From: Paraspadella gotoi
Lineage: Eukaryota; Animalia; Chaetognatha
DNA: 64,000 nt
Direction: 5' to 3'
Assembly (NCBI GenBank): GCA_051294375.1
Contig: CM119269.1
Coordinates: 13,362,790-13,426,789 of the forward strand
The notes below the pieces were generated by a model. That model worked only from the letters and a program-made list of their open reading frames with translations. It was not told the DNA's origin and made no database searches. The position numbers and the translations under genes are program-made. Positions 14,179-55,427 of the stretch are shown here, in pieces. Each line of letters opens with the position of its first letter. Position 1 is the first letter of the stretch.

Positions 14179-15578
14179 TTCTCTTCTTTCCTCTCTCTCT
14201 CTCTCTTACACACACCCGCGCTCACTTTCCTAGGACGCGTTCAACTCGGCCCGAGTGGACGGGCTTCTGCTAGACAACCTGACCGTTGAGGATCTCTTGC
14301 ACCTGGGAGTCACAAACGCCTTCCACCTGGCGTCGCTACGGCGTGCAATTCAGGTTTTGCGTCGCAAAAACTTTTCTCCTCATCTACTGAAGCGGCGGCC
14401 TGAGGCGGCGGCTGCGACAGCTGCGGAGGGGACTCCCGAGGAGGTTCGTTCGTGGGTAGATTAAAATTTTGAAACCACAATTTACTTTGCATGAAATTTA
14501 CATAATTTGGTACATCCATTTGATAAACAAACTATAAACTTTTCTTTTAACTATGCACACTGCACACAGCCTTTGTGTTCAACTTCTTACCGCCATATCG
14601 ATAAGAAGGTGAAAGCCATTGAGTGATTGAGCAATTAGGCAGTTGACACCAATTTCCCCTTAATTACTCTCAGGTCCAGCTGTGGACGAATCACCGCGTG
14701 ATGGAGTGGCTCCGAGTCTCCGATCTCTCCGAGTTCGCCGCCAACCTCCGCGGCTCGGGTCTCCACGGAGCGTTGGTCTTGCTGGAGCCTCGATTTAACG
14801 CGGACACCCTCGCCGAGCTGCTGCGGATCCCGACCTCCAAGACGCTCCTGCGGCGGCACCTGACGCTCTGCTTCGATCGGCTCGTCGGAGAGGAGGGCGC
14901 AGCTGCCAAGAGGGTCGTGAGGGAAGGGCCAAAGTATAAGGTGAATCAATATTAAATTAATAATTTAGTAAATACGGGCCGAAAATTGATGTCTAATTTA
15001 TATTTTTATTAAAAAAATTAAGTGAATTAATGTTTAAAATTTGAGTTAACCCTTTAAGTGGTTATTATCGTTATTGATAGTAGTTTGCCATAGCTTGTAC
15101 TTATTCTTATTATTTATTATCTTTATCAATTTTATCATTTTTATTATTACAGCCGCTCTCGACGACAGAGAAAATCAAAGCCAAACGTAAAAGTCTCGTT
15201 TTCTCTAAAAAATCTTCGTCGACGAAATTTCATCTTGAGTTCGACGACCTTGTTTGTCCGAGAGAAGAAGTCAGCGGCGGCGGTGTCAGCGACGTCAGCA
15301 ACGGCGGCGTCAGCGGCGGCAACAACGGCGGCGCCGCTCCAACTCCAGCCCACGGCGTCTCGCCGAGTCCCTCGTCATCTTCTTCTATGAACGACGGCGC
15401 CACCAACGGCGTCAAACCCGCCCGGCGTTCTCGATCTCAAACCGGCGTCGACGAGGATCGCGCCGTAAGCGTCGATCGTCTGGAATCGAGACATCGAGGA
15501 AGAAAGCCGATCGGGGAAAAAGATGCCAGAAACGGAAAGGTCGGCGTGAAAGCCAAATCGGTCGAGATTTTGTCTTGA
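11978..15578 (+). CDS. PPFIBP: Liprin-beta (three tandem SAM domains), 5 exons, one apparent 1-bp frameshift near 13546
   Basis: Exons 11978-13572, 13812-14000, 14234-14443, 14674-14940, 15153-15578, all GT-AG. Motifs PFASYS..VAEWL, LEKQLDIKQPLHKKKL, WVTRWLEDLGLPQYK, RVDG, WTNHRVMEWLR, NLRGSGLHG..LEPRFN and KTLLRRHL match liprin-beta SAM1-3. N-terminal DATDSLTSALERM resembles DASDMLAAALEQM. Confidence 0.92.
12716..12930 (+). repeat. Coding 18-bp tandem repeat encoding (KIKELE)n
   Basis: GAGAAGATTAA(G/A)GAGCTG repeated: 9 near-perfect plus ~3 degenerate units within liprin-beta exon 1. Confidence 0.95.
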
Positions 15579-15877
15579 ACATGAAACAAATTACAAATAT
15601 CTGGATCGTGATTTTCTTCACAGGTGAAAGTTAGATTCAAATTTTCGTTCATATGATTATTTCTGTTATCTAAATATGTTAACGTACCTTGTTATTGATT
15701 TCGAAATAAAATACCGCATGTTTGTAGCCAAATCCCATTTTTTTGAATAGATTTAAAAAGTCAGACATCCATTCCATTTGCTCTCCTCTTCCTCTTCCTC
15801 CTCTGTATTCACACCATAATCGCTTCTTCAAATATTTACAGATCCTAAACGGGGACGTACGGTTTTCATCTTTCAAT

Positions 15878-16320
15878 CTTCCTCCTCCTTCCTCCCTTTT
15901 CTCCTTCCTTTTTTTCTTCCCTTTTTCCTTCCTTTTCTCCTTCCTTCCTTTTCTCCTTCCTTCTTCCCTTTTCGTTTCCCTTTTTCCTTCCTTTTCTCCT
16001 TCCTCCCTTTTCTCCTTCCTCCCTTTTCCACCTTCCTCACTTTTCTCTTTCCTTTTTCCTTCCTTTCTCCTTCCTACTTTTCTCCTTCCTTCCATTTCTC
16101 ATTCCTCCCCTTACTCTTCCCTTTTTCTTCTTTTCTACTTCCTCCCTTTCCTGTTCCTTTTCCTTCCTTTTCTCCTTCCTCCCTTTTCACCTTCCCTCAC
16201 TTTTCTCTTTCCTTCTTTTTCCTTCCTCCCTTTTCTCCTTTTTCCATTTCTCTCATTCCTCCCTTTACTCTTCCTTTTCTCCTTCCTCCCCTATCTCCTC
16301 CCTTTTCTCCTTCCTTTTTC
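15878..16320. repeat. Polypyrimidine low-complexity tract between the convergent 3' ends of liprin-beta and NALCN
   Basis: Almost only C/T, built from TTTTCTCCTTCC-type units. Confidence 0.9.
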
Positions 16321-17222
16321 TCAATTTCGTTGTCTTCGTTAGGATATATAAAGTTATGAAAGCTCATAGTTTACTTCCAATATACGTATTCAACTTTTAA
16401 CCGAAAAAGAATAAACTATTCAATATCCAGGAATTTTAAATTTATTTCAGAATTAAATTAAAAATTTTAATTTTAATAATTTTAACAATAGTGTTCATTG
16501 TTTGACATGACTAAAGATCGCGCGCGAAAAAATAAATTTTGATACCTTTTGTTTTCTCTACTTTGCGACAAGAATCACCGATGTCGCCATTTTACTATAA
16601 AAATAAAGAAATAAAAAAATACCAAAAGAACACTCGGTTGCGAAAAACTTTAAATCCAGAAAATTCTAAATTCAATCATTTAGAAAACCAGCATGAGTAA
16701 ATAAGTACTCGTTAATTTATAGTGATTAATTTATTCAAAAACTAATAAAGAAATTTTACTCCACATCAATCCATGGATGATATGCATAAATCACACAATT
16801 TTTTTTCAGCTACTTGGATATTCAACCAACTACATAGAACACATGCATAGAACATTAATACACAGTAGCTAGAGTATTTGAAGGCTAAACGGCCAATTTT
16901 CAGCGGTGATCACAGCCCGTTCTCAAAAGGATTCAAAATCAATAAGCACAAATCACGTTTTCGAACTTGCGTAACACCAAATTACAATCAATTTTCTTCC
17001 ACATAAAGAGACTTACTATGAATGAAAAAAACTTATAAGGGTAAATATTCGTACATTGAGGAATACAAGTTTTTTGAAAGAATCAAAAATGATTTTTCTA
17101 TTAAAAGCAATATTCCAAAATTTTATGTGGAAAAGTATTTATTAAAACAAATATAAAAATGCCCGTCTCTCATCTGACACGGTAAGATTTTATAAAAGAA
17201 GCCCAGGACCAAAAATGCTCGA

Positions 17223-44916
<27,694 letters not shown>

Positions 44917-46116
44917 CTGAAGGGTAAGGTGGGTAAGGGGGAAGGGACAAATGTGACAAATCAAATCGATGTTGGAATTTGGGGCTTTTCTCCCATTGAG
45001 AAAGAGAGAGGGAATATAATTAGGAGTCTACGTCGTTCTTAGAAATCGAGGAAGACTTTTTCAATGGAGATTTTTGTTAAAATCTGACTACCAAACAATG
45101 TCAACGCCCCTGGGAAAAATTCAGGTAAAAAATAGATGTAAAAACAGTCGATTCCGATCCTGTTACATCTGAAGGGCTCTCTTTTTTTTCTCTTGACAAA
45201 TAACCATCATTTTGACATCGAACCATCCAATTCAAATGGACTGGTCCGCTCGGGAAAATATTTTTTATGCAATTTTTATATATAAAATAAAGGGATTTCT
45301 CAACTTCAATACCATGTCAACGCATTTAAGGTATGTTGTCATTTTACATTTTTCAACTTCAAATTCAGGAATCCGATAGCAATATGTCTGAAGGGCTCTC
45401 AAAATTTTTCTTTACATTTCATTTGGTTATTTTAATATGATATGATCATGGTAAAGTGAATTAGTCCATTTTGGTGAAATTTTTATTTAAAGTAAAAGTA
45501 AAAGAGGAGCTAACGATCGGAATTCTAAGAGTTTTCAGCCGGGAGTCAGATTCGGAAAAAATCTTATATGGTGAAAATCTTCCAAAGAAGGGGTGGATTT
45601 TCGGAAGATTTTGGTTAATATTTTCTATATTTATGGTCGGATTTTTTTGAAACTTAAAAATAGCAATATTGCCATCATTCTACATTGGCCTGTCAAAGAA
45701 TATATTAAAAAAACATCTGACTTTTTTCGTCAGAGCTTAGTCCTAATATAATATGAGATATTGGAAATGGGTTTACTTCTCTATCTAACAAGAAAACCTT
45801 AAATGTAATTTGTCAATATTTACTCTTTACTGTTCGACTATTCGATTTCAAGGAACGAGGATTATATTAGTTACACAATTAACTTGATTTTCTTATATTT
45901 AATCATTGATTGAAAACAGTGACCGGAAACAGTAAGGTTTATTACGGATAAATCTTTAGTACAATAACATAATTGAGCTCCTCTTATGTACAAAAAATAA
46001 AATACCATGAAATTCAATGAATGACATAAATGATAAAATTCATTGCACATTTTCTTTGGCAAAACAAAAATCAAATTCGAATATTTAAACGATTCATTGG
46101 GTCATTTATTGCGTCA

Positions 46117-47501
46117 TTATCTCATTTCATCCGATATCGGAGTCGTCTTCCTTAAACTTCTCCAGGTCATAACGACGATTTTGACGACCGAAGCGACGAC
46201 GGCCACCACGAGCAGCGCGAGGGTGTGCTGCTTCAAAGGATCCTCGATGTCGTAGTTGCGCGCCAAACTGCCCGTCAACGCCCATATCAACGTCAAGTGG
46301 GGTGCGAGAAGGTGACGCGTCCAGCGATCGAGAAAGATGAGATCGACAAGAACCCAAGTCACTGAAATTAAGTGAAACAGGAAGTAGTATTGCCATATCG
46401 CTGCATTCACAACATTGTATTGTTTCGTGTCACAATTCACAACGTTAGCTCACCGATGATCGCGGTGAGAACTCCCAGAGACGCGAAGCAGGAAGTTTGC
46501 ATTGAGACTTCGTGAACATAATGCAACATCATTGCTAAATTCAAGTTAGTAGCCACCTGAATGCAAAACAATATTTAAAATTAATTAAATTCAAATAATT
46601 GTTAAATAGAAAGAAAATTAAAACCCTTGAATTTACCGTGCACCATGTGGCGTAAACGCCCAAAGCATTGATGTGCAGAATCCAAACCATCGCGACGTCG
46701 CGAGACAAACCATATTTTCTGCCAATGAAAAGAATATTTCATTTCATGAGATAATTTATTCGTCACGAATTCCGATTTTTTCAAATCGCAAACCTCAAAG
46801 CGGGAGTTACGTTGGCGAGTCTCAAAGTAGAGAACAGAATAGTGAGATAGAGAGAGAGTGCTGTCAAGAGTAGAACCACGAACGCCCCCGTGATTTCCTC
46901 GGCGTCGAAGACAAAGAGCCACGTGAAGGTGAGGACGAAAGCGAGACCGGAAGAGAGGTAAGTCCAAACGGAGATGGGACCGGGACTCAGGTACAGATAG
47001 TTGTCGATGCCTTAATGGATTTCAATCAATATATATTTTATTGTTAATAGCTTTTACGTATCAAGTAAGAAAGTTTGCTTGCTAACCCTTTCTAAAAATA
47101 GCGGCGAGACCGTAGATAAGCCACAAAAAATTCCAGAAAAAAATGAGACCCCAGATGGAAAAGGTCCAACCCATGGGAGTTATTTGCAAGTCGTATTTGT
47201 CCGATTGATTTCCTGGGCTACTGTTGAACAACGTTCCCACCTGGGAACATAAAAATGGAGATAAAAGGGAAAGAAATTCCTTTATTAACTAGTTTTTTAA
47301 AAATTCTAAAGCAAGCTAATAAACTGAGGTGACATTCATTTATTTACCAAAAGATTTGCTCCAGCGTTCATGATTATGTTAAGGATGTAAAGGATCAAAG
47401 AAGCAATGGTGACGCCAACGATAATGGGTTTGTGACTAACGCCATGTTATTGACAAGAGCCTTGTTTGACGAGTTATATCTGGCGATTTTAGGTCAGACA
47501 T
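46117..47501 (-). CDS. Multi-pass membrane protein P1 of the TspO-like/'tryptophan-rich sensory' uncharacterised family
   Basis: Six exons encoding MSDLKSP...NAGANLL, SDKYDLQITPMGWTFSIWGLIF, YLYLSPGP..TWLFVFD, HINALGVYATWCT, VATNLNLAM, TWVLVDLIFLDRWTR..P.LTLIWALTG. Exon 1 has small indels that copy 2 partly corrects. Confidence 0.75.
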
Positions 47502-47894
47502 TTTTGCGCTTGAAAAGTTACGTTTGTAGTATTTTTAAATATAATTTTCCTGAAAATAATGATTTTGTTTCATAGTTTTCATGGCGCATAATAAGTGTAT
47601 TTAGATTTCACAAGAAAACAGATATTATTTATGCCATAAATTGTCCACTGTCCAAGTTTCCAAAATTTACTATTGCGATTTACAAGAAAAAACTTAGGAA
47701 AAAAAATTGTTGTCTTTAATTTCGGTCAGAAAGAAAAATTATTGATTTCAACATATCCGGGTGTTGTGATTTTGAGTAGAATATGTATACTTCAAATGAA
47801 AATAGGCAACAAAAAACTTCTTAACTTACAAAAACGTACTAAGCTCCCATGAGATTCAGGGGCAATTAAAAAAATAAAAGTTTGTAATCCAGTC

Positions 47895-48971
47895 TTAAAT
47901 ATGAAGACCAATTAAATAAAACATAACATTGCAAAAATGAGAAACAAAAGCGCAATTTAATCTATCATTTTGTCCTCTATCACAATCAGACGACGATATT
48001 CCACCGGCGCCCCTTGATCGACTTCGCCAGATCATGACGAAGATCTTGACAACGGAGGCGACGACGGAGAGGACGAGCAGCGCGAGGGTGTGTTGCTTCA
48101 AAGGATCCTCCAGGTCGAAGTGCCGCATCAAACTGCCCGTCAACGCCCAGACGAGGGTTAGATGCGGACTCAGTAGATGACGGGACCATCGATCGAGAAA
48201 AATGAGATCGATCAGAACCCAAGTCACTGGGGGAAATTTTATTATTTATTTATTATTATCTTAATTACTATGCATGAAAACGATTTTTATTATAAAAAAA
48301 ATATTTTTTTATTTACTATTTCCCTATGTTTCGTTCATATGTGGATGTGTTTCGTGATCATAATATTTTTCTATCACTATCAACTGTCGTTAAGTGATAA
48401 CTTTCGTTTATGTGATATCTCACTTACCGATGATTACGGTGAGTAAACTTAAGGCAACGAAACAGGAACTCTGCATCGAGATTCCGTAGACGTAATGAAA
48501 AACCATGGAGAAGTTCAAATTCGTCGCCACCTAAATGAGAAAAGAACCAAATCAAACTTACCCTCTACTCTCGAAAAGAGCCAACCCTTAGCTTACCGTG
48601 CACCATGTAGCGTAAATTCCTAAGCCGTTGATGTGCAGAACCCAAACCAAAGGAACGTCGATGGCAAAACCGAATTTTCTGAATACATCGAAAATAATTT
48701 TATTCGGAGGTGAGTTAATTAACGAGTTGGACTGGCTCTCGCTTTTTAACTTACCTCAATTTGGGCGCGACGTCGGCCAATCTTCTCATCGAGAAAAAAA
48801 GGGTGATGTAGAGGAAGATGACGGTCAATAGGAGGACGACAAACGCGCCCCAGATGGCGTTGTTGTCGAAGACGAAGACCCAAGAGAGAGTAAAGACGAA
48901 AGCGAAACATCCGGTGAGGTAAGTCCAGATAGAAATGGGACCGGGGCTCAGATAGAGATAGTTGTCGATTC
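47895..48971 (-). CDS. Tandem paralogue P2 of the same membrane-protein family; 5' exons lost in the gap at 49051
   Basis: Four exons with the same intron positions as P1: GIDNYLYLSPGPISIWTY..., KFGFAIDVPLVWVLHINGLGIYATWCT, VATNLNFSM..., VTWVLIDLIFLDRWSRHLLSP... Confidence 0.75.
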
Positions 48972-49050
48972 CTTGTTTGGAAGAAAATTTATTGGTAAAG
49001 GAAGTCTCTCTCTCATCTCTATCTCTTCTCTCGTCTCTCTCTTCATCTCT

Positions 49051-49142
49051 NNNNNNNNNNNNNNNNNNNNNNNNNNNNNNNNNNNNNNNNNNNNNNNNNN
49101 NNNNNNNNNNNNNNNNNNNNNNNNNNNNNNNNNNNNNNNNNN
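49051..49142. other. Assembly gap at the duplication junction (other gaps: 1661-1895, 2216-2259, 3806-3951)
   Basis: Runs of N, mostly flanked by microsatellites. Confidence 1.
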
Positions 49143-49319
49143 CCGTCAAGAGACCAAATGTGACGCGCGATGCGATTGATTCAATGAAATTCAATACCAA
49201 AAAGATTTCTTTACTTTTCTCAATTAGCGTCGCCAAATTAAAAAAAAAAAAAGAACAAAAGAAATGAGACTATTTTAATTTCCTGCGAATTTTGGAATCG
49301 TTGGTTTTTCTCCAAGAAG

Positions 49320-49963
49320 ATGAAGCGGACGACAGCGCCACCGGTGTTGGCCGCGGCGTTTCATTTCCGCGTTTTCGCCATTTTGATCGAATCTCTCGGG
49401 CGACGACGAAGAAGGAACTACTAATTGTAAAACGGACACTTACTGCCAGGGGAGAAGAATGACGAGGGCAAAAATTACGTGGGATGTTGCTCGGGTTCTA
49501 AGAGTGAGTCGACGGTTTGTAGTAAACTTTATAAAAGACGGAGAGTTATCAGCCGAGTTTTGAGAAAGTATATATATATATATATATATATTTTAACAAT
49601 ATAATTTACAATTTTTCTTATCACAAATTCATAACTAATAAACATGAGTATAATAGATAGAACAAAACTTATCATCTCAAACATCTAAAGAGAATGATCA
49701 AAAATAATCAAAAAACTACAAAATGCAAGTTAGATTAAGAGACTAGAACTCAATTGTAAAGAACCATCTGCTACGTATATCAACTTTCTTCATTGCAGCC
49801 TACAAGTCCTCCACTTGCGTCATTAACTGCAAAAAATGCGAAAATGCGGATGAAAATGCACCGGCGCCGCGGCGGGAGCTGCGATTCGACGCTGCGCTGC
49901 TCGGTCTTCGCGCGTCGTCGCCTACGCGTACTTACGATCAAGAACGAAGCCTTTCGTGTTTGA
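49320..49963 (+). pseudogene. Frameshifted duplicate of cysteine-rich paralogue B
   Basis: Same sequence as 35331-35981 with several single-base indels. Confidence 0.7.
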
Positions 49964-50541
49964 CACTAGATAACAGATACGGACGCTATTGGCGGACGGC
50001 AAACGAGAGAAATCGGGCGTAATGGCAATCGAAAGATCGTGCGACGGACCTCGGTTTTTTTTCTTTCTTTCATTTTCATAGTTTTTTGTGTTTTTGTCTT
50101 GACTTATAAGATTAAAATTGTTTTGTTAATAGAATATTTGTCAATGACTCTCATTCCGTTTGGTAAGAATTGTATTTTAGGTTTTAGGTTTTATCATTAT
50201 GTGGAGACGTGCTCAAGGAGTTCAACCGTTCAAGGTCCCGTACTCCGGATCGGCTGTAGTCCGTCCACAGTACAGGTGGTTGACGCCCCGTCACGCTTTC
50301 TCGTGTGAATCAGCAGGGCGCGAATCCGAGTCATTTTGGTGGAAGGACGCTACTGATTCTCGACGAGTATGGTGTATGAAATACTACCACTACATTATAA
50401 AAGAAAAAAAACTAGAAGGACGACGTGACATTTGTTTCAATTAAGTCTTCCGAAAGTTACAAACACCTCTGACTTGCCAATGTGGAATCTTGCCAGACAC
50501 GATTATCCAGCTCTTTCTACTGACTGCACTCACCCTCCTCA

Positions 50542-50712
<171 letters not shown>

Positions 50713-50881
50713 TTATATTAATTTATCAAATACATCAATGATTGTAGCTTTTGATTCATGCGATACTAGATAGTAGAGAGAGAGAGAGAGATAGAAAGAG
50801 GGTAAATATATTTATAATTATACGGAGAGGAGAGAGGAGGAAAAAGAGAGAGAAGGGGGGAGAAAGATACTTATAAAAGAG

Positions 50882-50979
<98 letters not shown>

Positions 50980-52904
50980 CTTTTTTGACGATAATTCTCG
51001 TTTAACAAAATGACCATGAAACCTTGACCTAATCACCTGACCATCGCTTGCGGTGTGAGAAAAGTCCGTTGGAACAAATTTTGAGGATCATTTCGACGTC
51101 AGCTCAGGACGAACCCGTATTCCGCCACCTAAAATTTTTTGTATTATTTTAAAACAAATTAAAACGATTTTTATGATACAAAATTTATTATGAAACAAAG
51201 AATTATATTTTTTCAAAAAATACTAATAATAAAAACAGAAAAACGTGTGAATTGTGCAGCAACTATACTGCAAAGCAATGCTTACCTGCAAGAGCGGCTT
51301 GTCGACGACTCTTCTCCTCGGCGTTTCGCATAGCATGGAGGCGCTGGATAGAGTCGTTACCAGAATCATGAGCCAATCCAGTAAGGCACGAGAGCAAGCA
51401 CTGTGCAGCTCCTTGGTAAGGTTGGTTTTCGCTGGGCCTGGGCCAGCTGAGGGTCTGGTAGGGATTCTCGTAACGGCTGGTTGACTATCCGCTGAAAAGT
51501 TGGGCCGGGGGGAGGAATCCTTGTTATTTAGCTTGTATGTCTCGGCAAAGATGGGCCAAAGTTTCCCTCGGCAACCGGCGATTAAATTACGTCCAAAAAA
51601 AAAAAACCCATTTTTTTTCGATAAAGATTTTTAAGCTATTGCAGAACTAGTAATGATATTTTAATAAAAATATACGAAATTATCTTCGGTTCATCGATCC
51701 GTATCGGCATTTACTACCTGCCCAGACACTAAAGATTCCGATCCCACTCGGTCGAAATCAGCTCATTTTCGTCATATCCACTTTAATGTTATTTTTGTTG
51801 ACTTGCTCGTTCATTCTTTTCACCAACTCCCAGACAGATTATTACAGCGGTAAATGATAACATTATTTTTCTTTTGTCAAAAGAAAAATTTATTAAACTT
51901 AGGATGAGATTCGACATAATTTAAAGTTAGTCGCCCGACGAGATTCCGTTTATCGATGAACGTGATATTTGAAATTTTGATAATTATCCTAATGTTTGAC
52001 TGTATTCTTTGCTCTTCAGGTCTTCTCATGTAATTCTAAATTCACTATAGACAGACGAATATAATGTATAATGGACTCTGTTATATACCAATTTTATTGT
52101 TAACGTATTTTTGAAAAATAACTTTTTAAATAATGAATTAAATTGTTACTAAGTGGAAAATAGCAACAAATTACACATAAAGTTGCGTCAGTTTAGGTCT
52201 CATATTTTTTAAAATTTTTTCTCCTTTAATCTATTAATTATTTTTCATTCTTTTCCTTTTGGTTCGTTCCAGTACTGTAGATTTAATTTTTTCATCGTTT
52301 TATTTTCTTCATTATCGATTCCCTTTTGTTCGCCCCTTTCAGCGACGAATCAGCGCGACACCTACGTTCGAGTTTATTGTCTGCAGCAAGACTTGCCTCG
52401 CGCGTGCTCTTCGACTCGTAACCGTTCTCCTTCGCAAGTTCACCTTACCTTTCCCTTCCAATCCCTCGATACCTTACCTTACCTTACCCCTTCCTTCCCG
52501 CTCCACCTTACCTGACACACTCTCCTAAATTTAGAAATCCCTCCCCACGACGAAGAGCGGAGTGTCGAAGAAGGGATGATTTTCCCTCAGATCTTCCTCC
52601 TGCTGCGTCCGCTTGATCTCCGCCATCTGCCGCTTCTGCTCCAGCTGCTTCATGTCAGGGTTGTTGCTGTTGTGTTCCCGCGCTGCTGGAAGAAGGAGAG
52701 GCGCCCAGGGCGGCGGCAGAGGCGCCGTTCTCTTTGTTTTGAACTCACCAGGTCTCTGGGGGGGGGGGGGGGAAAGAGGGAGGCGGGGGAGGAAGAATTA
52801 AATTGGATCGTGAGTGACTTTTTCTATTTCGAAGCATCGGTCACGACAGACAGACAACTACCGTTGTTTAATTTTACCACAACTTTTGGTGTCTCCTTGG
52901 ACAA

Positions 52905-53502
52905 TAAGGCGTAGTGAAGTTACGTACGAAAATTCTAAAGGTCAATTATGAACAACATACATCAGTGAACATTATTTGTAAAAAAAATTAATTTTATGTT
53001 TTTTAATTTCGCAGTAGGCTATATTTATATATAGTACTATCCTTATAAAATCGAAAAAATTTCAAAAATAGGCTTTTCTAATTTGATTGCAGATTGAATT
53101 CCTCGTCAAAGTTGATAAAGAAAATATAAATTATTTTTAAAAATTATTTCATTAAGTGAGTTAAAAATTACAAAAACATAGTTTAATATATAAAAAGTTA
53201 ATTTTCAGCTTAAAATATAACTTTTTCTAATTTTTGACCCACTTATGAAGGAATTTTTCAAAAGAGTTATATTCTTTTATCAAATTTTTATGACGAATCC
53301 AAATCTGCAAAAAAATCTTAGAAAAAACTGTTTTGAAATTTTAACATTTATTGGATTAGTACTAGTATAAATATGGCCTACTGCGTAAATTGTAAAAGTT
53401 TATTATAATTTTTTTATACATAAATGTCATTTTAGTATAATGTTGTCGTTCCTCACTTTTAGATTTTATTAAAGTTAAATTTAGAAATTTTACTACGCCT
53501 TA
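52905..53502. mobile_element. hAT-like MITE, 598 bp, 8-bp TSD
   Basis: TTGGACAA|TAAGGCGTAGT...ACTACGCCTTA|TTGGACAA with long imperfect internal inverted symmetry. Copy 1 has the empty site at ~39019. Confidence 0.9.
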
Positions 53503-53898
53503 TTGGACAAGTTTCTTGGACTTTTTCATCGCAACATGTCTCATAAGTTTCAGTATTGTGTATTCAGTATCAAATACTATTGATCACGACTATTGATCGT
53601 GGTTTTGTTATTGATTTCGATCACTTGACACTGTACTTAATTATATTTATAATTTCCCTAGTTTTCAATTCAATTATAACAGTTATCAAATTTAGGACGG
53701 AGATGCTTTTATTAATTAATATTAAACGATTTCCGTCGACTCCTTTTCTCTCGCTATCTTCGAAACTCACTTCGACTTTTTGGTGGAGCCGGTTATTCCC
53801 TCTCGTTTGTCCAAACGCAACGTGTGTTGTTTTGGATGACGTTTTGTCGAAGCGAAGCAGAATTCGATCCCGGTCCCTGTTGATTGAGAGATTGACTG

Positions 53899-55427
53899 GG
53901 TTCCGGCGTACAAACGTTGCATTTAGGAAAAAACGACTCTTTCCACTATTGTTCAGTTGTACTTAAATGTTATATTAACTTGTACCACAACACAATTAGG
54001 CCAAACGAAGGATTGGTTAGAAACATCTCCACTCGTTTCTAATGGATAAAAGAGTACCATTTTGGCAACTTTAGGAAAAAAAAACTATGTCCATTTTTGT
54101 CCATTTTTACTTACGACTTCTGATTTGGAATGCAAGGAAAGTGAGAAAAATTTTTTACTTTGGAAATCCGTTCTTTCTTATCTTCTTTACCCCGGGTAAA
54201 TTTATTGCTTAAATCATTTATAGTTTGCCTATGAATTAATTTTAAAGTTAACAAGTCAAAAAGTTGCAGTTCAGTCTTTATCATAATTTGTTAAACAAAA
54301 ATAAATCAAATTGGTTGAAATTAACAGAAAATATAGCCTATTGAATAAGTTTTAACACCTATAAAATTATCAAAAAAACTTTTTTGGTTTAGCCACAAAT
54401 AATTTTTAAAACGTATTTTAATTTGTGACTTTTTTTGACTTGCATTTATTTTTGATAAAGAGAATTTTCACTCATTTATTAGTTTTAAAAGATGGGTACA
54501 TACTGACCTTGATTAATTAAAAAAACCGCATCCTTTTAACCCAATGGAAAGCGTCAGACCTTTTTTTCTCAGAATCGACAGATTTTGCCGAAAATTTTTC
54601 CGCAAAATCTGTCGATTTACTAAATTTGCTAGGCAACCAAAATTGAAAAAAAAATCATCGTTACCGTTCATTTTCTTTCTATAATGCATTTTAAATATTT
54701 TATTTGATTTGGCTCAATGTAAACGTAGTGAGAGGAAATAGGAAAGGGAAAACAAGAAAGGAGAAGGGGAGAGAATGAAAGAGAGGGTGAAAGGCAAAAA
54801 AAACGAAGGCAAATGGGAAAAAATAGTGAAACAATTGTAGGTAGAAAAGAGGGGAAAAATGGAAAGAAAAAGAGGGGAAAAAGGGAAAGAATGAGGATGG
54901 AGAAAAAAAGGTGAGGAAAGTGCATGAGTGACAGAAAAAGGTAGGGCCAAAAAAAATGGTAATGACAGCAAGAGAAGTAAGGGAGGAAAGAGGAAGAGAA
55001 AAATATAAAGTAAGAGAAGAAAGAGGGAGAAGAATAATCAGGAAAAGCGTATGAAGGGGGAAAAAAAATTGTATCAGATAATGGTGGCCCCCCCGTCTTA
55101 CTAAAATCTTTTGTGTAAGTAAAAGACATGAGGATTCTTATAAGAATTCGATCTTTAAAAATCATCTGTACCATAAAAATTCAAGCATACTTTTTTCTAA
55201 AATTAAGCAGTTATGAGATTAGATTGACAATCATTGAAAAAATCATGTCTTACCGTATTTTTTAACTCATAGAAGATTTACATGGGAAGTCTAAGTGATA
55301 AGAAGGAGATAACTTGAGACTACCGTTTTTTAAATGAGAAACTTCGTACTAACCAATGAATCAAGAAATATGGTAATTATTGAAGTTCAGATTCGTTGAT
55401 TAAAAGACACTGATTGTATGCGAAACC
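53899..55427. mobile_element. Non-autonomous 1.5-kb insertion with imperfect TIRs and 4-bp TSD
   Basis: ACTG|GGTTCCGGCGTACAA...TTGTATGCGAAACC|ACTG. Empty site TTGACTGATTGTGCG at ~39411 in copy 1. No transposase ORF. Confidence 0.8.

Noticed and set aside
11978-15578. Kazrin or liprin-alpha identity
   Set aside because: SAM motifs (WTNHRVMEWLR, LEPRFN, KTLLRRHL) and the N-terminal helix fit liprin-beta.
15679-16342. ORFs of 138-199 aa
   Set aside because: Translation of a low-complexity pyrimidine tract.
54668-55174. 168-aa hydrophobic ORF as cargo or transposase of the 1.5-kb insertion
   Set aside because: It is the complement of a purine-rich tract and shows no DDE motifs.
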